DNA of 64,000 nt from Octopus sinensis (GCF_006345805.1 NC_043006.1:84816001-84880000); one strand, 5' to 3'. Numbered from the stretch's first letter, positions 1 to 12,925 are shown. Program-made: numbers and translations. Notes: generated from the letters alone by a model not told the origin.

Positions 1-153
1 TCTCGGAGTGGTTGGCGGTAGGAAGGGCATCCAGCTGTAGAAACTCTGCCAGATCAAGATTGAGGCCTGGTACAGCCATGTGGTTCGCCAGCCCTCAGTC
101 ATGCGTCCAACCCATGGAAAGCGGACGTTAAACGATGATGATGATGATGATGA
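1..153 (+). mobile_element. Family C: 3' end of RTE-type LINE 3' UTR, (GAT)n tail
   Basis: GGTTGGC..TAGGAAGGGCATCCAGCTGTAGAAA...CCAACCCATG...GGACGTTAAACGATGATG; same sequence follows an RTE ORF end at 23123-23838. Confidence 0.8.
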
Positions 154-199
154 AGGCCCCAAAAGCAGGAGGCTTCCAAGGGCTGTTCCTGGAAAACCC

Positions 200-425
200 A
201 CAAAACCATGATCACCCTGACCTCTAGGGCAAGTGCCCTCTTCACTTCATCTACCCTTGATCAAGAAGTACATGCTTAGAGTAGACCCATTCACTTGGGC
301 TATTTGTGCTACATTCACCCACATTTTAACAAACTTTCTAGGAGGCAGCACTTCCCTCTCTACTACCCTCACAAGTGAAACTTGAAAAAGTTGATGTGGG
401 CTTAGCCAAAGAGGAAATGTACACT
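200..425 (-). mobile_element. L1/Tx1-type LINE ORF2 C-terminus remnant
   Basis: Minus-strand translation NFFKFHL...EREVLPPRKFVKMWVNVAQIAQVNGSTLSMYFLIKGR*; homologous to 27722-28125. Confidence 0.55.
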
Positions 426-477
426 AGTAACTATGACTAGGTCATGGTACTTCGCTATTTTTATCTATACTTCTCAG

Positions 478-817
478 ATGAGAAAGTCAATATGAGAGGT
501 ACAGAGAAAATAGCAACGTACCAGGGCCTCGCCATTGAGTTACAGAGGTTATGGAAAATGCAGGTAAAATATATCCCTGTAGTTATAGGTGTAGTAGGAA
601 CCATCCCTAAAGATTTGAACAGATGGATAGAGGAAATAGGCATAAAACCTAGTTTAGTGCAGCTTCAGAAAACAGTGTTATTAGAAAAGCTAGGATACTT
701 AGGAAGGTTCTTGGCATCTAAGGTTATTTGTTGTAGTCTAATGTTAGGAATTTTTCTTTTCCAACACCCTAATTTGTTGTACATATATGAAATAATAATA
801 ATAATAATAATAATAAT
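478..817 (+). mobile_element. RLE-type (R4/Dong-like) non-LTR retrotransposon 3' fragment ending in (AAT)n
   Basis: EKIATYQGLAIELQRLWKMQVKYIPVVIGVVGTIPKDLNRWIEEIGI...LQKTVLL matches the C-terminal RLE region pattern (EK..KY..L..E...W...PVVIG..G......LQK..LL). Confidence 0.75.
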
Positions 818-928
818 GGTTTCAAATTTTGGCACAAGGCCAGAAAGTTCTAGTGAGTCAGGGGAGGTAAGATGACCCATCAATCCCAGTGCTCAAACTG
901 GTACTTATTTTATTAAACCTGAAAGGGG
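818..928 (-). mobile_element. SINE family A (tail 2), partial
   Basis: Reverse complement of ...AAATAAGTACCAG...TTGTGCCAAAATTTGAAACC tail. Confidence 0.7.
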
Positions 929-939
929 TACCCAGCTAC

Positions 940-1123
940 CAATGACACTCAAAAAGATTGGAACTAATATAAAGACAGAACACCTACAAAAGATATCATT
1001 GCTTGAAACTGCAAGAGTTCTCCACAGAGTTCTTTCTTGAAGTGTAATCAGTAAACAAGTGTCACATTAGTGGGCAGAGACACTTTCCATCATACTCAGC
1101 AAAATAAAGATGAGGGTTTTCTT

Positions 1124-1154
<31 letters not shown>

Positions 1155-1168
1155 AATAATAATAATAA
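940..1168 (+). mobile_element. Second RLE-type LINE 3' end plus UTR and (AAT)n
   Basis: TLKKIGTNIKTEHLQKISLLETARVLHRVLS* followed by short UTR and (AAT)n. Confidence 0.65.
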
Positions 1169-1169
1169 T

Positions 1170-1316
1170 AGGGCATCCAGCTGTAGAAACACTGCCAGAT
1201 CAGACTGGAGCCTGGTGCAGCCTTCTGGCTTCCCAGATCCCCAGTCAAACCGTCCAACCCATGCTAGCATGGAGAACAGACGTTAAACGATGATGATGAT
1301 GATGATGATGATGATG
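1170..1316 (+). mobile_element. Family C (RTE 3' UTR end)
   Basis: GGGCATCCAGCTGTAGAAAC...GTTAAACGATGATG. Confidence 0.85.
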
Positions 1317-1531
1317 AATATTCCTTTCTACTATAGGCATAAGCATAAAATTTTGGGAGGGGGATAGTCAATTTCATCGACACCAGTACTTAACTGGTAC
1401 TTATTTTATCGACCCTGAAAGGATGAAGGGCAAAGTCGGTCATGGCAGAATTTGAACTCAAAATGTAAAGATGGGTGAACTGCTTAGCAGTATTTCACCT
1501 AGCATGCTAACGATTCTGCCAGCTCACTGCC
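1317..1531 (-). mobile_element. SINE family A (tail 2), full length
   Basis: tRNA-like head with A box TGGCAGAATCGTTAG and B box GAGTTCAAATTC; central CCCTTCATCCTTTCAGGGTCGATAAAATAAGTACCAG. Confidence 0.85.
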
Positions 1532-1536
1532 TTACA

Positions 1537-1626
<90 letters not shown>
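1537..1626. repeat. (AAT)n directly abutting (TTA)n: palindromic microsatellite
   Basis: AAT run 1537-1580 then TTA run 1581-1626. Confidence 0.95.
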
Positions 1627-1627
<1 letters not shown>

Positions 1628-1851
1628 TTATTGCCCACAAGGGGCTAAACACAGAGAGGACAAACAAGGACAGACAAAGGGATTAAGTCAATTACATTGA
1701 CCCCAGTGCGTAACTGGTACTTATTTAATTGACCCCAAAAAGATGAAAGGCAAACTCAACCTCGGTGGAATTTGAACTCAGAATGTAGCAGCAGATGAAA
1801 TATCCCCAAGCATTTTGCCCAGTGTGCTAACGATTCTACCAGCTTGCTGCC
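1623..1851 (-). mobile_element. SINE family A (tail 1)
   Basis: Head as above; tail reads GTCCTTGTTTGTCCTCTCTGTGTTTAGCCCCTTGTGGGCAATAAAA on minus strand. Confidence 0.85.
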
Positions 1852-1857
1852 TTACAA

Positions 1858-1891
<34 letters not shown>

Positions 1892-2269
1892 TAATAATAA
1901 CAATAATAATAAATATCTCAACTCCCTTACATTCATCTCATTTTCTTTCTTTCTCTCTCTTTCCCACCTCTGCACCCAGTTTCTTATCTCTGATTCCCTG
2001 TTTCGTTGGCTGAGACTTAGGAGAGATTTATCTAATAACTGGTAAAACCCCGAAACTCAGGGGAAATAGCCAATAGGAAACGGTTTAGCAACTGTAATCA
2101 GGCGAAATAGCCAATAGAAATCAATGTAGCAATGCTTAATAATCAGGATAATCAGAAGCAATATATTTCTGAGCTTCATTTCAAGTATTGAAGATATTAA
2201 TTACACATGCCAACCAAAAGTCCTCTTGTGGATAATTGGCAGTTCTGGGACAGCTGTCAACCTGGCCAT

Positions 2270-2377
2270 TTCATGTGTGTGTGTATCTGATGTACATATA
2301 CATATATATATATATGTACACACACACAAATATACAAACATGTATATATATATATATATATACCCATATGTACACAT

Positions 2378-2416
<39 letters not shown>

Positions 2417-2534
2417 ATACATACATTCAAACATATGTGTGTGTGTGTGTGTGTGTGTATATGTAAATATACATATATGTATGTATATATACATAGATAT
2501 TTGATTTGTATAGATCTTTAATCTTTTTTCACCT

Positions 2535-2574
<40 letters not shown>

Positions 2575-2625
2575 CTGTATGTGAGTCTATATACATGTGT
2601 ACACACACACACACATGTATATGTC
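2270..2625. repeat. Compound (TA)/(CA)/(TG) microsatellite
   Basis: Direct inspection. Confidence 0.9.
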
Positions 2626-3274
2626 CCTCCTTTTGCTTCTTTTATGAAAATAATTCTATATCAATAATCTGTCTCCTTTCAGACTATGTGAATGACAGAG
2701 AGGATGAGAGAGAGAGAGAGAGAGGGAGAGGGACAGAAAGAGAGAAATAGAAAAGTGAGAAAGAGAAAGACGGGGTGGGGGAAAAGAAAAGCAGAGAAAG
2801 TGAGATGGCATATCAGTGATAACTCATCTTTTGTTTGTGTGGAGACTGAAGTAAGCTGATTGCATCTTTTTTTTTTGTTCTCTTACGGAGGCGGAGAATC
2901 AAATAGAGATTTGAGTAGATTTCCATTTGATGATATGAAGTTTTACAGGGAGTGGGTGGAGAGGCTGTGAAATAAGAGACCATGAGTTCAGATCTCATTG
3001 TAGAACGTCCAATTCCTGTTCCTTAGCTAACACTTCCATGTTTGTTAAACCAGTACATGATGGTGATGGTGAAGACAAGATGATGATGGGGGAGTGGATG
3101 AGAAAACAGGAGGAGGAGGAGAAAAGGGGAGGACATTGCTGATGCCAACAATGGCACCTTAGCCTCTGCCAGAGACAAAATATGTTTTATGTCAAGTTTC
3201 CATTTATATCCTGAAGTGTCAAACTTTTCATCACACTTCTGCGTCCTGGTCATTGACACAGCTCCATTGCAGAA

Positions 3275-3678
3275 TTACTCTTTTACTTGTTTCAGTCATT
3301 TGACTACGGCCATGCTGGAGCACTGCCTTTAGTCAAGCAAATCGACCCCCAGGACTTATTCTTTGTAAGCCTAGTACTTATTCTATCGGTCTCTTTTGCC
3401 GAACTGCTAAGTTATGGGGACATAAACACACCAGCATCGGTTGTCAAACGATGTTGGGGGGGGGGGACAAACACACAGACACACACACACACATATATAT
3501 ATATACATATACATATATATGACGGGCTTCTTTCAGTTTCCGTCTACCAAATCCACTCACAAGGCTTTGGTAGGCCCGAGGCTATAGTAGAAGACACTTG
3601 CCCAAGGTGCCACGCAGTGGGACTGAACCTAGAACCATGCGGTTGGTAAGCAAGCTACTTACCACACAGCCGCTCCTG
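3275..3678 (-). mobile_element. SINE family B (tRNA head, CORE-like domain, internal CA/TA repeat, (GAGTAAAA)n tail)
   Basis: Minus strand: GGCTGTGTGGTAAGTAGCTTGCT...GGTTCAGTCCCACTGCGTGGCACCTTGGGCAAGTGTCTT...; ACCTTGGGCAAGT is shared with CORE-SINEs such as MIR. Confidence 0.9.
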
Positions 3679-3904
3679 GTGATAATAATGATGAGTTGAC
3701 TCCAGTAGGATTTGAACTCTGGCTGGAGAGAAAAGCAAGAGAAGGAATACTGATACAAAATCCTAGAGTCTAGCACTCGACCATTTCTGCTGCTCGAGTC
3801 GTTGGCTTAGGTTTATGAATTTATCAATAGAGACAGTCTGGATTAGCTGCTTCATTAAGATGACAGATTTCTCCATTGCGGATTGCTAATTCGAAGCTGC
3901 CTGC

Positions 3905-4125
3905 CTCCATTCCCACAGCCACCACCACCACCACCACTAACAACAACAACAACACCACGGTCAACACCAATGTCACTGAAGCTGTTAATGCTGTAACCAA
4001 AACGACCACCACTTCCACAACTGACACTGACATTGTCACCATCAACACCACCACCACCACCACCGGCACCACCATCACTGCCGCCGCCGCCACCACCACA
4101 CCACCACCACCACCACAACAGCCAC
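3905..4125. repeat. Degenerate (ACC)/(AAC) trinucleotide repeat
   Basis: Direct inspection; source of Thr/Val-rich ORFs. Confidence 0.85.
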
Positions 4126-4399
4126 TTCTACCACTATATTGTCCGTCTCCTCGATTAAAGGCACATATTACTTTTAATTATGTAAAGTATCATTGATAAT
4201 TAAGAAAGCGTTGAATAATGGCATTTGATTGGATTTGATATTAGTTAGTCTGTCGAATGCATCTGGCAGGTGAAACCCCTCCATGCCCCCTCCTCACAAT
4301 GCCACTGCTCCCCACCGCCTCTGACCACTGCCACTACGAGCAATGCTGCTGTCCAATTAGCTATTTCTCTCAGAGTTTGTGTCAAAAGACCAGCAGTTG

Positions 4400-4650
4400 C
4401 GATGGGACACACACCAGTCCATTAATGAATCCTGTATGTGGTTGCTGAACCTGCTAGAAATAACAACCAAATCTCAATTAAATCACACCCTACTGTCTTT
4501 AAAATATCAAAGGATTCAATGGATAAAGGTCCAATATACCCCTAAAAAGATGGGATAGGATAGGATAGGATGGAATGGTCACAGCTGGAATGCTTCTGAT
4601 CATTGGTGGATCCCCAATACAACTGACTAATGGCTAAACAACTAAACATT
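4400..4650. mobile_element. Unclassified interspersed repeat, family F
   Basis: CTGCTAGAAATAACAACCAAATCTC...CACACCCTACTGTCTTTAA; related degenerate copies near 20280-20520 and, inverted, 44570-44800. Confidence 0.45.
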
Positions 4651-4790
4651 GTGTTCAGTGAATAAGCAAGCCTCCACATAGATACTAAACATACTAGAAA
4701 GGGCAGTCAAATATTCCTCAACTCTCACCTGACTATCAAAGGTACTACTACTACTACTACTACGCCACCACCGCCGTCGCCAACGCCGAC

Positions 4791-4983
4791 GATCCTTTCT
4801 ACTAGAGGTAGAAGGCCTGAAATTTTGAGTGAGGCAGGGTCTAGTTGATTACATCAACACAATTGTTTCACTGGTACCTATTTTATCAACCCCAACCTCA
4901 GCAGAATTTGAACTTGGAACATAGCGATGAGTGAAATACTACTAAGCATTTTATCCAGCATGCTAACAATTCTGCCAGCTTAC
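4791..4983 (-). mobile_element. SINE family A (tail 2)
   Basis: Head and tail motifs as in 1317-1531, with internal deletion. Confidence 0.8.
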
Positions 4984-5020
4984 CATCATCATCATTATCA
5001 TCATAATAATAATAATAGTA

Positions 5021-5331
5021 AAGACTCCCTTCAGTCATGAATGACCATGGGATTGCACCTACAAAGTTACACCAAGGCAAGGTTTTTCATGGAAGACCAG
5101 TAGTTGCTCATGCTTACCAGCCTCTCCAAACCACCAAGGTAAAAAGAAAAGGCTGATACAGCTTGGCACCAGTGATGTTGCAACTCATTTCTACAGCTGA
5201 GTGAACTGAAGCAATGTGAAATAACATATAAAAATGTCCTGATCAAGAATACAACACACAGCCCAGTCCGGGAATCAAACTCACTACCTCATGATTGTAA
5301 ACCGAATACTCTAACCACTGAACCATGCGCC
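5021..5331 (-). mobile_element. SINE family E (tRNA head plus CORE-like TTGA(G/T)CA(A/G)GACA)
   Basis: Minus strand GGCGCATGGTTCAGTGGTTAGAG...GAGTTTGATTCCCGG...CAGTTCACTCAGCTGTAGAAATGAGTTGC; second copy at 36426-36793. Confidence 0.8.
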
Positions 5332-5839
5332 ATGCAATCAACAGCCAAGTTCCGTTTACCAAAAAATGGTGTTGGAAGGAGGAGGTATTCTATATTCAAG
5401 CATTTATAGTAGGGTGTTCGTTTTTTTTTTCTTTTTATACTAATTATAATTTTCTAAGTTGTAGACAGTGGGTGTAAATCAAACCAATAAAACAACAACA
5501 CCACCAACAAAAAGCCTACAGTATAGTATTCTAGAGGGAGCTTTTATTAGTCACTAACCGAAATCTTATCAGTGGCATCAAGGATCTATTTCAAGTATAC
5601 TTCTACTTAACTAATCTGATTGTAACCTGCTGAGTGGAGGAAACAAAAAAAAAAAAAGAAACCGCAAACTCACTAATGCATGCAAACTACCTGTTCATTT
5701 AGTACGTGTTAAAAACAGACAGTGTAGGTGTCTCTGCTGATTAGAACCATTCATGGCTTGTGAAGTTTTATGTTAAGTAAATAATATCGAAACATTTTGC
5801 TTTATTATATATTTTTTTTTTAATTAAGGGAGATGGTAA

Positions 5840-6185
5840 GCAATATCAAAGGGATGATGATGATGATGATGACAATGGTGGTGGGGATGGCAGTGGTGGT
5901 GGTGGGGTGGCGGCAGTGGTGGTGGCAGCGGCAGTGGTGGGGGTGGAGGCTGCGGTGGTGGTGGTGTAGATGATGATAATTATTATGATGATGATGGCAA
6001 TGTGATGGAGGTGATGATAAGATGATGATGATGCCAAAGGTGGTTGTGGTGGTGGCGATGTTGATGATGTGGTGATGGAGATGTTGATGATGTGGTGGTG
6101 TGGTGATGATGCTGCTGCTCATGATGATGACAGTGATAATGACAACAATGATGATGATCATAACCTTGATGATGATGATGGCTGG
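5840..6185. repeat. (GAT)/(GGT) degenerate trinucleotide repeat
   Basis: Direct inspection. Confidence 0.9.
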
Positions 6186-6539
6186 TATGCGTTACATAGA
6201 AGACTAATAGAAAGGAAACACTAACCTAATCTCTTTCTCTCTCTCTCCCTTTTTTTCTCCCTCTCCTTTGCTCATAAAGTAATTTTAGGTGAAATTAAAT
6301 ACAGAAGCAGATTTGTGGCAAATTTAAAAAGAAAATTCACTAATTATTCCTGTACAAAATATTTATTAGAAATACTTAATTAGTTTTTCTACTACACTTT
6401 TTTTTCACTTAAATGCTATATAAAATTTTTGCATCTGTAACTATATGCACGATGAACACCCACTGCAGAGGATGCAAATAGCTACACTAGGGAAACAAAT
6501 GATATAACCTGCATTTTGTGCTTACCAGACTTTTACCTA

Positions 6540-6985
6540 TATATCGAAATGGAAATCAAAATCAAATTCGATGACTGGATCCGTGCTAGTGGAGCGCTAA
6601 GAGTGTGATCGTTGCCAGAGCAACAAGCTGGCCTCCATGCTGGTGGCACATAAAAAACATCATTCGAGCGTGATCGTTACCTGCGTCGCCTTACTGGCAC
6701 TTGTGCTGGTGGCATGTGAAAAAACATTCGAGCAACGTCATTGCCAGTGCTGCTGAACTGGCTCTTGTGCAGGTGGCACATAAAAAGCACCACTTTAGCA
6801 TGGCCGTTGCCAGTACCGTGCGACTGGCGCCCATGCCGGTGGCACGTAAAAGCGCCCATTACACTCTTGGAGTGGTTGGCATTAGGAAGGGCATTCAGCT
6901 GTAGAAACTCTGCCAGATCGGATTGGAGTCTGGTGCAGCCATCTGGTTCGCCAGACCTCAGTCAAATCGGCCAACCCAATTGCCA
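6540..6985 (+). mobile_element. Family C long form (RTE 3' UTR with internal GCCAG..GGTGGCAC.TAAAAAGCAC modules)
   Basis: Several tandem modules upstream of the common 3' end. Confidence 0.8.
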
Positions 6986-7561
6986 AGGTCAATTTTATCA
7001 ACCCTGAAAGGTTTGATAAAATAAGTACCAGTTGAGTACTGGGGTTGATGTAACTGACTTACTCTCTCCCCAGAATTTGCTGGCCTTGTGCCAAAATTTG
7101 AAACCCATTATTGCTGCTGCTACTGTTGCTGTTGTTGTTTAAGTCCCAGGTCTGTCCTTATTAAGTAAACCTCTAATCATAGGCAAACAAGCCATGACCA
7201 CCTCATCATTTCACACATTGGAAAATAATTGTTTCTGTGTATCTTTCCTCATTTAAGTCAGTGGGGTGTGTGATTCGAATGAAAAAGCACCACTTATTTT
7301 TAGCAGAATGGGCAACTACGTAGAAGCCTCCATCATTGGCTTGAATAAATTAAGTAGACAACTGTGTAGACATCCTTCTTTTTTTCAAGTCTTTGAGATG
7401 TTTTTGATGCTGTTGTTGTTGCTGTTAATGTCTGTTAGCAATAAGAGAAGTTGATGATAGTGGTGGGGAGGATTCAGCCATTTTTAGCTAGTGTAATCAT
7501 ATCATACACACACACACATATATACATATATGTGTGTATATATAAACATATATACACACAT

Positions 7562-7593
<32 letters not shown>

Positions 7594-7607
7594 CTATCTA
7601 CATACAC

Positions 7608-7659
<52 letters not shown>

Positions 7660-8194
7660 GTACATATATTTATATATACACACACAAGTATATATTATGT
7701 AACACTTAAGATTCTAATACAACTTTTCATATCAGAGGAATCTGATGTGATGTAATTACACAACTTCGAGGAGGTCGTTTTTTTGTTTTGCTTCTTTGAT
7801 ATCTTTTTTATATCTATATGTTTCTCATAAACCAATCGAACCATGTAATGTTCTTCTACGTTTTAATGACAAAAGTGGAACTTAGTCATAAACTGTTTTC
7901 CACCTGCTCCTCCTCCTCCTCCTCTTTCTCATCATCATCATCATCATTACTGTTGTCATCATCATCATCATTGTCATTACCAACACTACCACCACCACAA
8001 ACATCATCACCATCTTCATTACCATCACCACTCACCACTACCACTACTGCTGCTGCTGCCATCTCTGGGTAGAATTGGTAGATTAGCAGAATCAAGAGAG
8101 AGACAATTCTGAGTTCAAATCCTACCAAAGTTAACTCAGCATTTTCATCATTCTAGGGTTGATAAAATAAAGAGTTCATATTTAGTGTCAGGTA

Positions 8195-8783
8195 AGATGG
8201 TGAGCTGGCAGAATCGTTAGCACACCAGGCAAAATGCTTACTCTTTACTCTTTTACTTGTTTCAGTCATTTGATTGTGACCATGCTGGAGCACCACCTTT
8301 AGTCAAGCAAATCGACCCCAGGACTTATTCTTTGTAAGCCTAGTACTTGCTCTATCAGTCTCTTTTACCAAACTGCCAAGTTATGGGGACGTAAACACAC
8401 CAGCATCGGTTGTCAAGCGATGTTGGGGAGACAAACACATACACACACATACGATGGGTTTCTTTCAGTTTCCGTCTATCAAATCCACTCACAAGGCTTT
8501 GGTCGGCCCAAGGCTATAGTAAAAGACACTTACCCAAGGTGCCACGCAGTGGGATTGGACCCAGAACCATGTGGTTGGTAAGCAAGCTACTTACCACACG
8601 GCCACTCCTATGCCTTAGCAGAATTTTGTCTATCTTTATGTTCTGAGTTCAAATTCCACTGAGGTTGACTTTGTCTTTCATCCTTTTGCATTCGATAAAA
8701 TAAGTAGCAGTTGAGTACTGAGGTAAATTCTACTGACATATACCCACACCCAAAATTGCTGGCCTTGTGCCAAAATTTGAAAT
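8195..8783 (+). mobile_element. SINE family A (tail 2) interrupted by SINE B
   Basis: Head 8195-8240 (...AAAATGCTTA) resumes at 8616 (TAGCAGAATTTT...GAGTTCAAATTCC). Confidence 0.8.
8238..8615 (-). mobile_element. SINE family B nested in SINE A
   Basis: Full family B sequence. Confidence 0.9.
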
Positions 8784-9526
8784 CCATATTTAGTCCCAGG
8801 CGTCAATCACTCTATCCATGTTCCTAGGTGAAAGACATTTGATTCTACTTTCATGAAGCTAAAAGTATCTTGTCTAATTTGGCAACTGATGCAAGGTGTC
8901 TACTCAGTTACCCATCCTTGCTTCCTGGCTGCTGGGTGTATGTGTGTTTGTCTGTGTATATATGTACATATATATGTATGTGTGTATATGTATGTTAATA
9001 TATATATATATATATTAACATACATATACACACATACACACATATATATATGTATATATATCACTTATCACTTTACTAACTGCACTAAAATCCTTGAAAA
9101 AGATACAACTATCCGTTTCTCTTCAGTGTATAATTCTGGAAACTTTATCAGAATCATCATCATCATCATCACTACCACCACCACCACCAACAACAACAAC
9201 AACCCCAACACTGCCACTGCTATCATCATCATTATCATCATCCTCATCATTTAATATTCACCCAATATAGCTGCTTACCACTATATATAACACTATTCTT
9301 GCTATTTTCTTCTTCTTCTTGCTCTTATATGTCACTATAACCATTCATCGTTATCTGTTGTCCCTTTTACTCAATGTGCATCACCCAAAGTTTCTTATTT
9401 TGACTAATATTCCTTTGTTATACTGATCCCTACTCTGTTTACCCCCACCGACATGTTTGGTTCTTATGACCAGTAACCAGTGTTCTTATTAAGGCAGCAA
9501 AAGGCAATCTTCTGGCAGAATCATTA

Positions 9527-9797
9527 GGTGGCGAGCTGGCAGAATCGTTAACACACTAGGAGAAATGCTTAGCGGTATTTCGTCTGTTGTTATGTTCTGA
9601 GTTCAAATTCTGTCATGGTTGACTTTGCCTTTCATCCTTTCGGGGTCGATAAATTAAGTATGTGTGTGTGTGTGTGTGTGTTTTTGTGTGTCTGTGTTTG
9701 TCCCCCCAATGCACTGGGGTCAATGTAATCAACTTAATCCCTTTGTTTGTCCTTGTTTGTCCCCTCTGTTTAGCCCCTTGTGGGCAATAAAGAAATA
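9527..9797 (+). mobile_element. SINE family A (tail 1) nested in an older A head, 11-bp TSD
   Basis: AGAATCATTAG at 9517-9527 and 9798-9808. Confidence 0.85.
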
Positions 9798-10027
9798 AGA
9801 ATCATTAGCACTTCAGACAAAATACTTAGTGAAATTTCATGCCTTTACATTCTGAGTTCAAATTCCACCAAGGTTGACTTTAACCAATCACCACCACCAC
9901 ACCCAATAAATTTTAAGACAGGCAAAATGAAAAGGGCAAAATTCACATGGCTAAAATGCCTGTTACAACCATGGGGATGTAGGATGGTACCAGAGGTTAT
10001 ATCAGGGCAATCCAGGATTGTCTATGG

Positions 10028-10785
10028 CTGTGGTTCTCAACCGGGGCCCATATGGCCCTTGAGTTTCCATATAAGATTCAGGGGGTCCATTCATGCAACA
10101 AGATAGTAAATTGGGGATCTGCGATAGTATTTTAAGGGCACCTGAAACAATTTTGCTTTAGACGTATGTACTGGTATGTATTGCAAGAAAGAATTGGGTT
10201 TCTTTCTGTAGCATTTTACATAGGCGCAGGAGTGGCTGTGTGGTAAGTAGCTTGCTTACTGACCACATGGTTCAGGGTTCAGTCCCACTGCGTGGCACCT
10301 TGGGCAAGTGTCTTCTGCTGTAGCCTCGGGCCGACCAAAGCCGTGTGAATGGATTTGATAGATGGAAACTGAAAGAAGCCCGTCATATATATGTATATAT
10401 ATATATGTGTGTGTGTTTGTGTATCTGTGTTTGTCCCCCCAACATCACTTGACAACTGGTGTGTTTACGTCCCTGTAACTTAGTGGTTCAGCACCGATAG
10501 AATAAGTACTAGGCTTACAAAGAATAAGTCCTGGGGTTGATTTGCTCGATTAAAGGTGGTGCTCCAGCATGGCCACAGTCAAATGACTGAAACAAGTGAA
10601 AGAGTAAAAGAGTAAAGAGTATAGTTCAACCTACACAGGTTACTGTGTGAAAAACAAAATAGGAATTTTGAAAGAAGTTTCTATAAAACTAGTTTTTAAA
10701 TAGTGAATGCCTATGGTGTGGGTACCCACCAGAACAAAATAGTAATCACAGGGGTCCATAGCTAAAATATGATTAAGAACCCCTG
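10028..10785. mobile_element. hAT-type MITE interrupted by SINE B
   Basis: Ends CTGTGGTTCTCAACC / GATTAAGAACCCCTG; 8-bp flanks GTCTATGG and GTTTATAG (6/8). Confidence 0.7.
10222..10621 (+). mobile_element. SINE family B
   Basis: AGGCGCAGGAGTGGCTGTGTGGTAAG...GAGTAAAAGAGTAAAGAGT. Confidence 0.9.
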
Positions 10786-11299
10786 GTTTATAGGGTACCT
10801 CAAATCCACATATATGGTTACTCCTATTCATCATCTTTACAGCGCTTTTCTCGTTATGGTCTTGTTCTACACTGTTATTACTATTCATAATTACTTCCTG
10901 CAGTATTCGTCCTGGCTCTAAACATTCTGAGTTCAAACCCGGCTGAAGTCAACCAACTGACTGAGGTCATCCTTAGCTTTCATCCTTCCGGTGCTGATAC
11001 TGTTTCCGGTATGTCGAGAGACCACACAGGGGCTAGATGGTACTTTGTATTGTTTCTTCTTGTTGTTGTTGTTGTTGCTAACGATGTTGTTGCTGTTACA
11101 GTTCATGGCAATGGGCGATGGCAGTTAAAGGAAGATAAATCTTTGTATCAATGACGATGGAGATGGTGACAATGATGATGGTGATGATGATGTCAGTGTG
11201 AAGAGGTTTATTGTTGTTAAAGGAAGGGTGGATGAAGTGAGTAAAAGGCGGATAGTATAGTAAAATTAGTTATTGTCAATGGTTATGCCAGTCATGTAG

Positions 11300-11755
11300 G
11301 TGGTAATGATACTGATGGTGGTGGTGGTGGTGGTGGTGATGGTGGTGGTGGCAGGGATGGTGGTGGTGGCAGGGATGATGGTGGTGGTGGTGGTAGTGCT
11401 GCTGCTGCTGGTTGTGGTGGTGGTGCTGGTGCTGATAGCAGGGATGGCAATGGTAATGTTGGTGGTGCTGGTGGCAGTGATGATGCTGGTGATGGTAGCA
11501 GGGAAGGTGGTGGTTGTGGTGATGGTGGGGGGTGGATGGTGGGTGTGATGGTAAGAGTGGTAGTATGGATGGTAGTGGTTATTGTGACAATGGTGGTGGT
11601 GGTGGTGGTGGTGGTAGTAGTAGTAGTGGCAGTGGTAACTGTGACAGTGGTGGCAACGATAGTGCAGGTATATTAAATGAACTGTTGGTGGGCGACCAAG
11701 GCGTGGCTGGAAAACAACAACAACAACAGCAGCAGTAGCAACAACAACAACAAAT
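11300..11755. repeat. (GGT)/(GAT)/(CAA) trinucleotide block
   Basis: Direct inspection. Confidence 0.9.
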
Positions 11756-12241
11756 GCTGCAAATGAAGGAACACACATACAGACAGACATCTTCTTTTCC
11801 ACTTCACATCATTATTTGGATCTCAAAGAAAAATAAACAAAACAAAACAAATAAAAGAAAAAAGAAAAAAGAGAGAGAGAAGCCATTTCTAAACTTAGCT
11901 AAGAACCATCTCACATTTCAGGGCAATAAATGCATAATTCTTTCATCAAACGAGCATTTATATTTAGAGCGATGTTGAAAATTTAGACAATTATTCATGT
12001 AGATAGCTGTGAAGCAGAAATGTGAGGAGAACGTGAAAGTATTTAAGAATTCCATGTAGTGGGTTCCTTAAACATAAATAGAGCTAGAGGTTGCACTATG
12101 AAAAGTTTTTTTGTTTTTTGTGTGTGGTAGTTTGGGGTTTTTTGGTGTTGTTTTTGTTTTTGATTTTCTCATTATGATGCGCAAAGACAGTGGTGCATTG
12201 GAATAGCAATCAAAAATGTAATGTGCCTCGTGGGTTTCAGG

Positions 12242-12531
12242 CAGTGGTTCCTGATCTTTTCTGGGCTGCTACTCCCTTGGCACCAAGCCACATTTTTAGC
12301 ACCCCTCCAAACACTCACCGCCACAAATGTAGACCACTTTCTGCGGCAAATTTCAAAACAACTGTATTTCCCAAATAAAACTTAACCAAATTAATCCATT
12401 ATTTGGGGTGGTTTTTTTCCCATCCATTGCCCCCTTTTGGCTACCCCATTATCGCCCCACTTTTTTTTCAATGCCCCCTGGATCTTCCAATGACCCCATG
12501 GGAGCAGTACCACCCACTTTGGAACCCAATG
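12242..12531. mobile_element. hAT-type MITE (degenerate)
   Basis: Ends CAGTGGTTCC / GGAACCCAATG. Confidence 0.5.
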
Positions 12532-12722
12532 ATTTTAAGCTGTGGCTCCCATTCATTCATTTTGACTTTGTAACTTTCAAGTGATGAAAGAATAATTTAT
12601 TGATACACTTAGCAGGGAAGGTTTAAAACAAAAACGCTATATTTTAAAAGTTAAAAATTTAGAAATACATATCCCATCACTATTTGCCTTTTTTGTTTTA
12701 TCTCCATTAATCATACATATGT

Positions 12723-12878
12723 GAGGCATGTGTGTATGATAAGAATTTTGCTTCACAACCATATGGTTCTGGGTTCAGTCCTACTGCGTAGCACCTGGGG
12801 CAAGTGTCTTCTATTATAGCCCCAGGCTGACCAAAGCCTTGTGAGTAGATCTGGTAAACAGAAACTAAAAGAAGCCTG

Positions 12879-12925
<47 letters not shown>

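Noticed and set aside
10640-10936. 98-aa minus-strand ORF
   Set aside because: Overlaps the right end of a hAT MITE; no recognisable motif.
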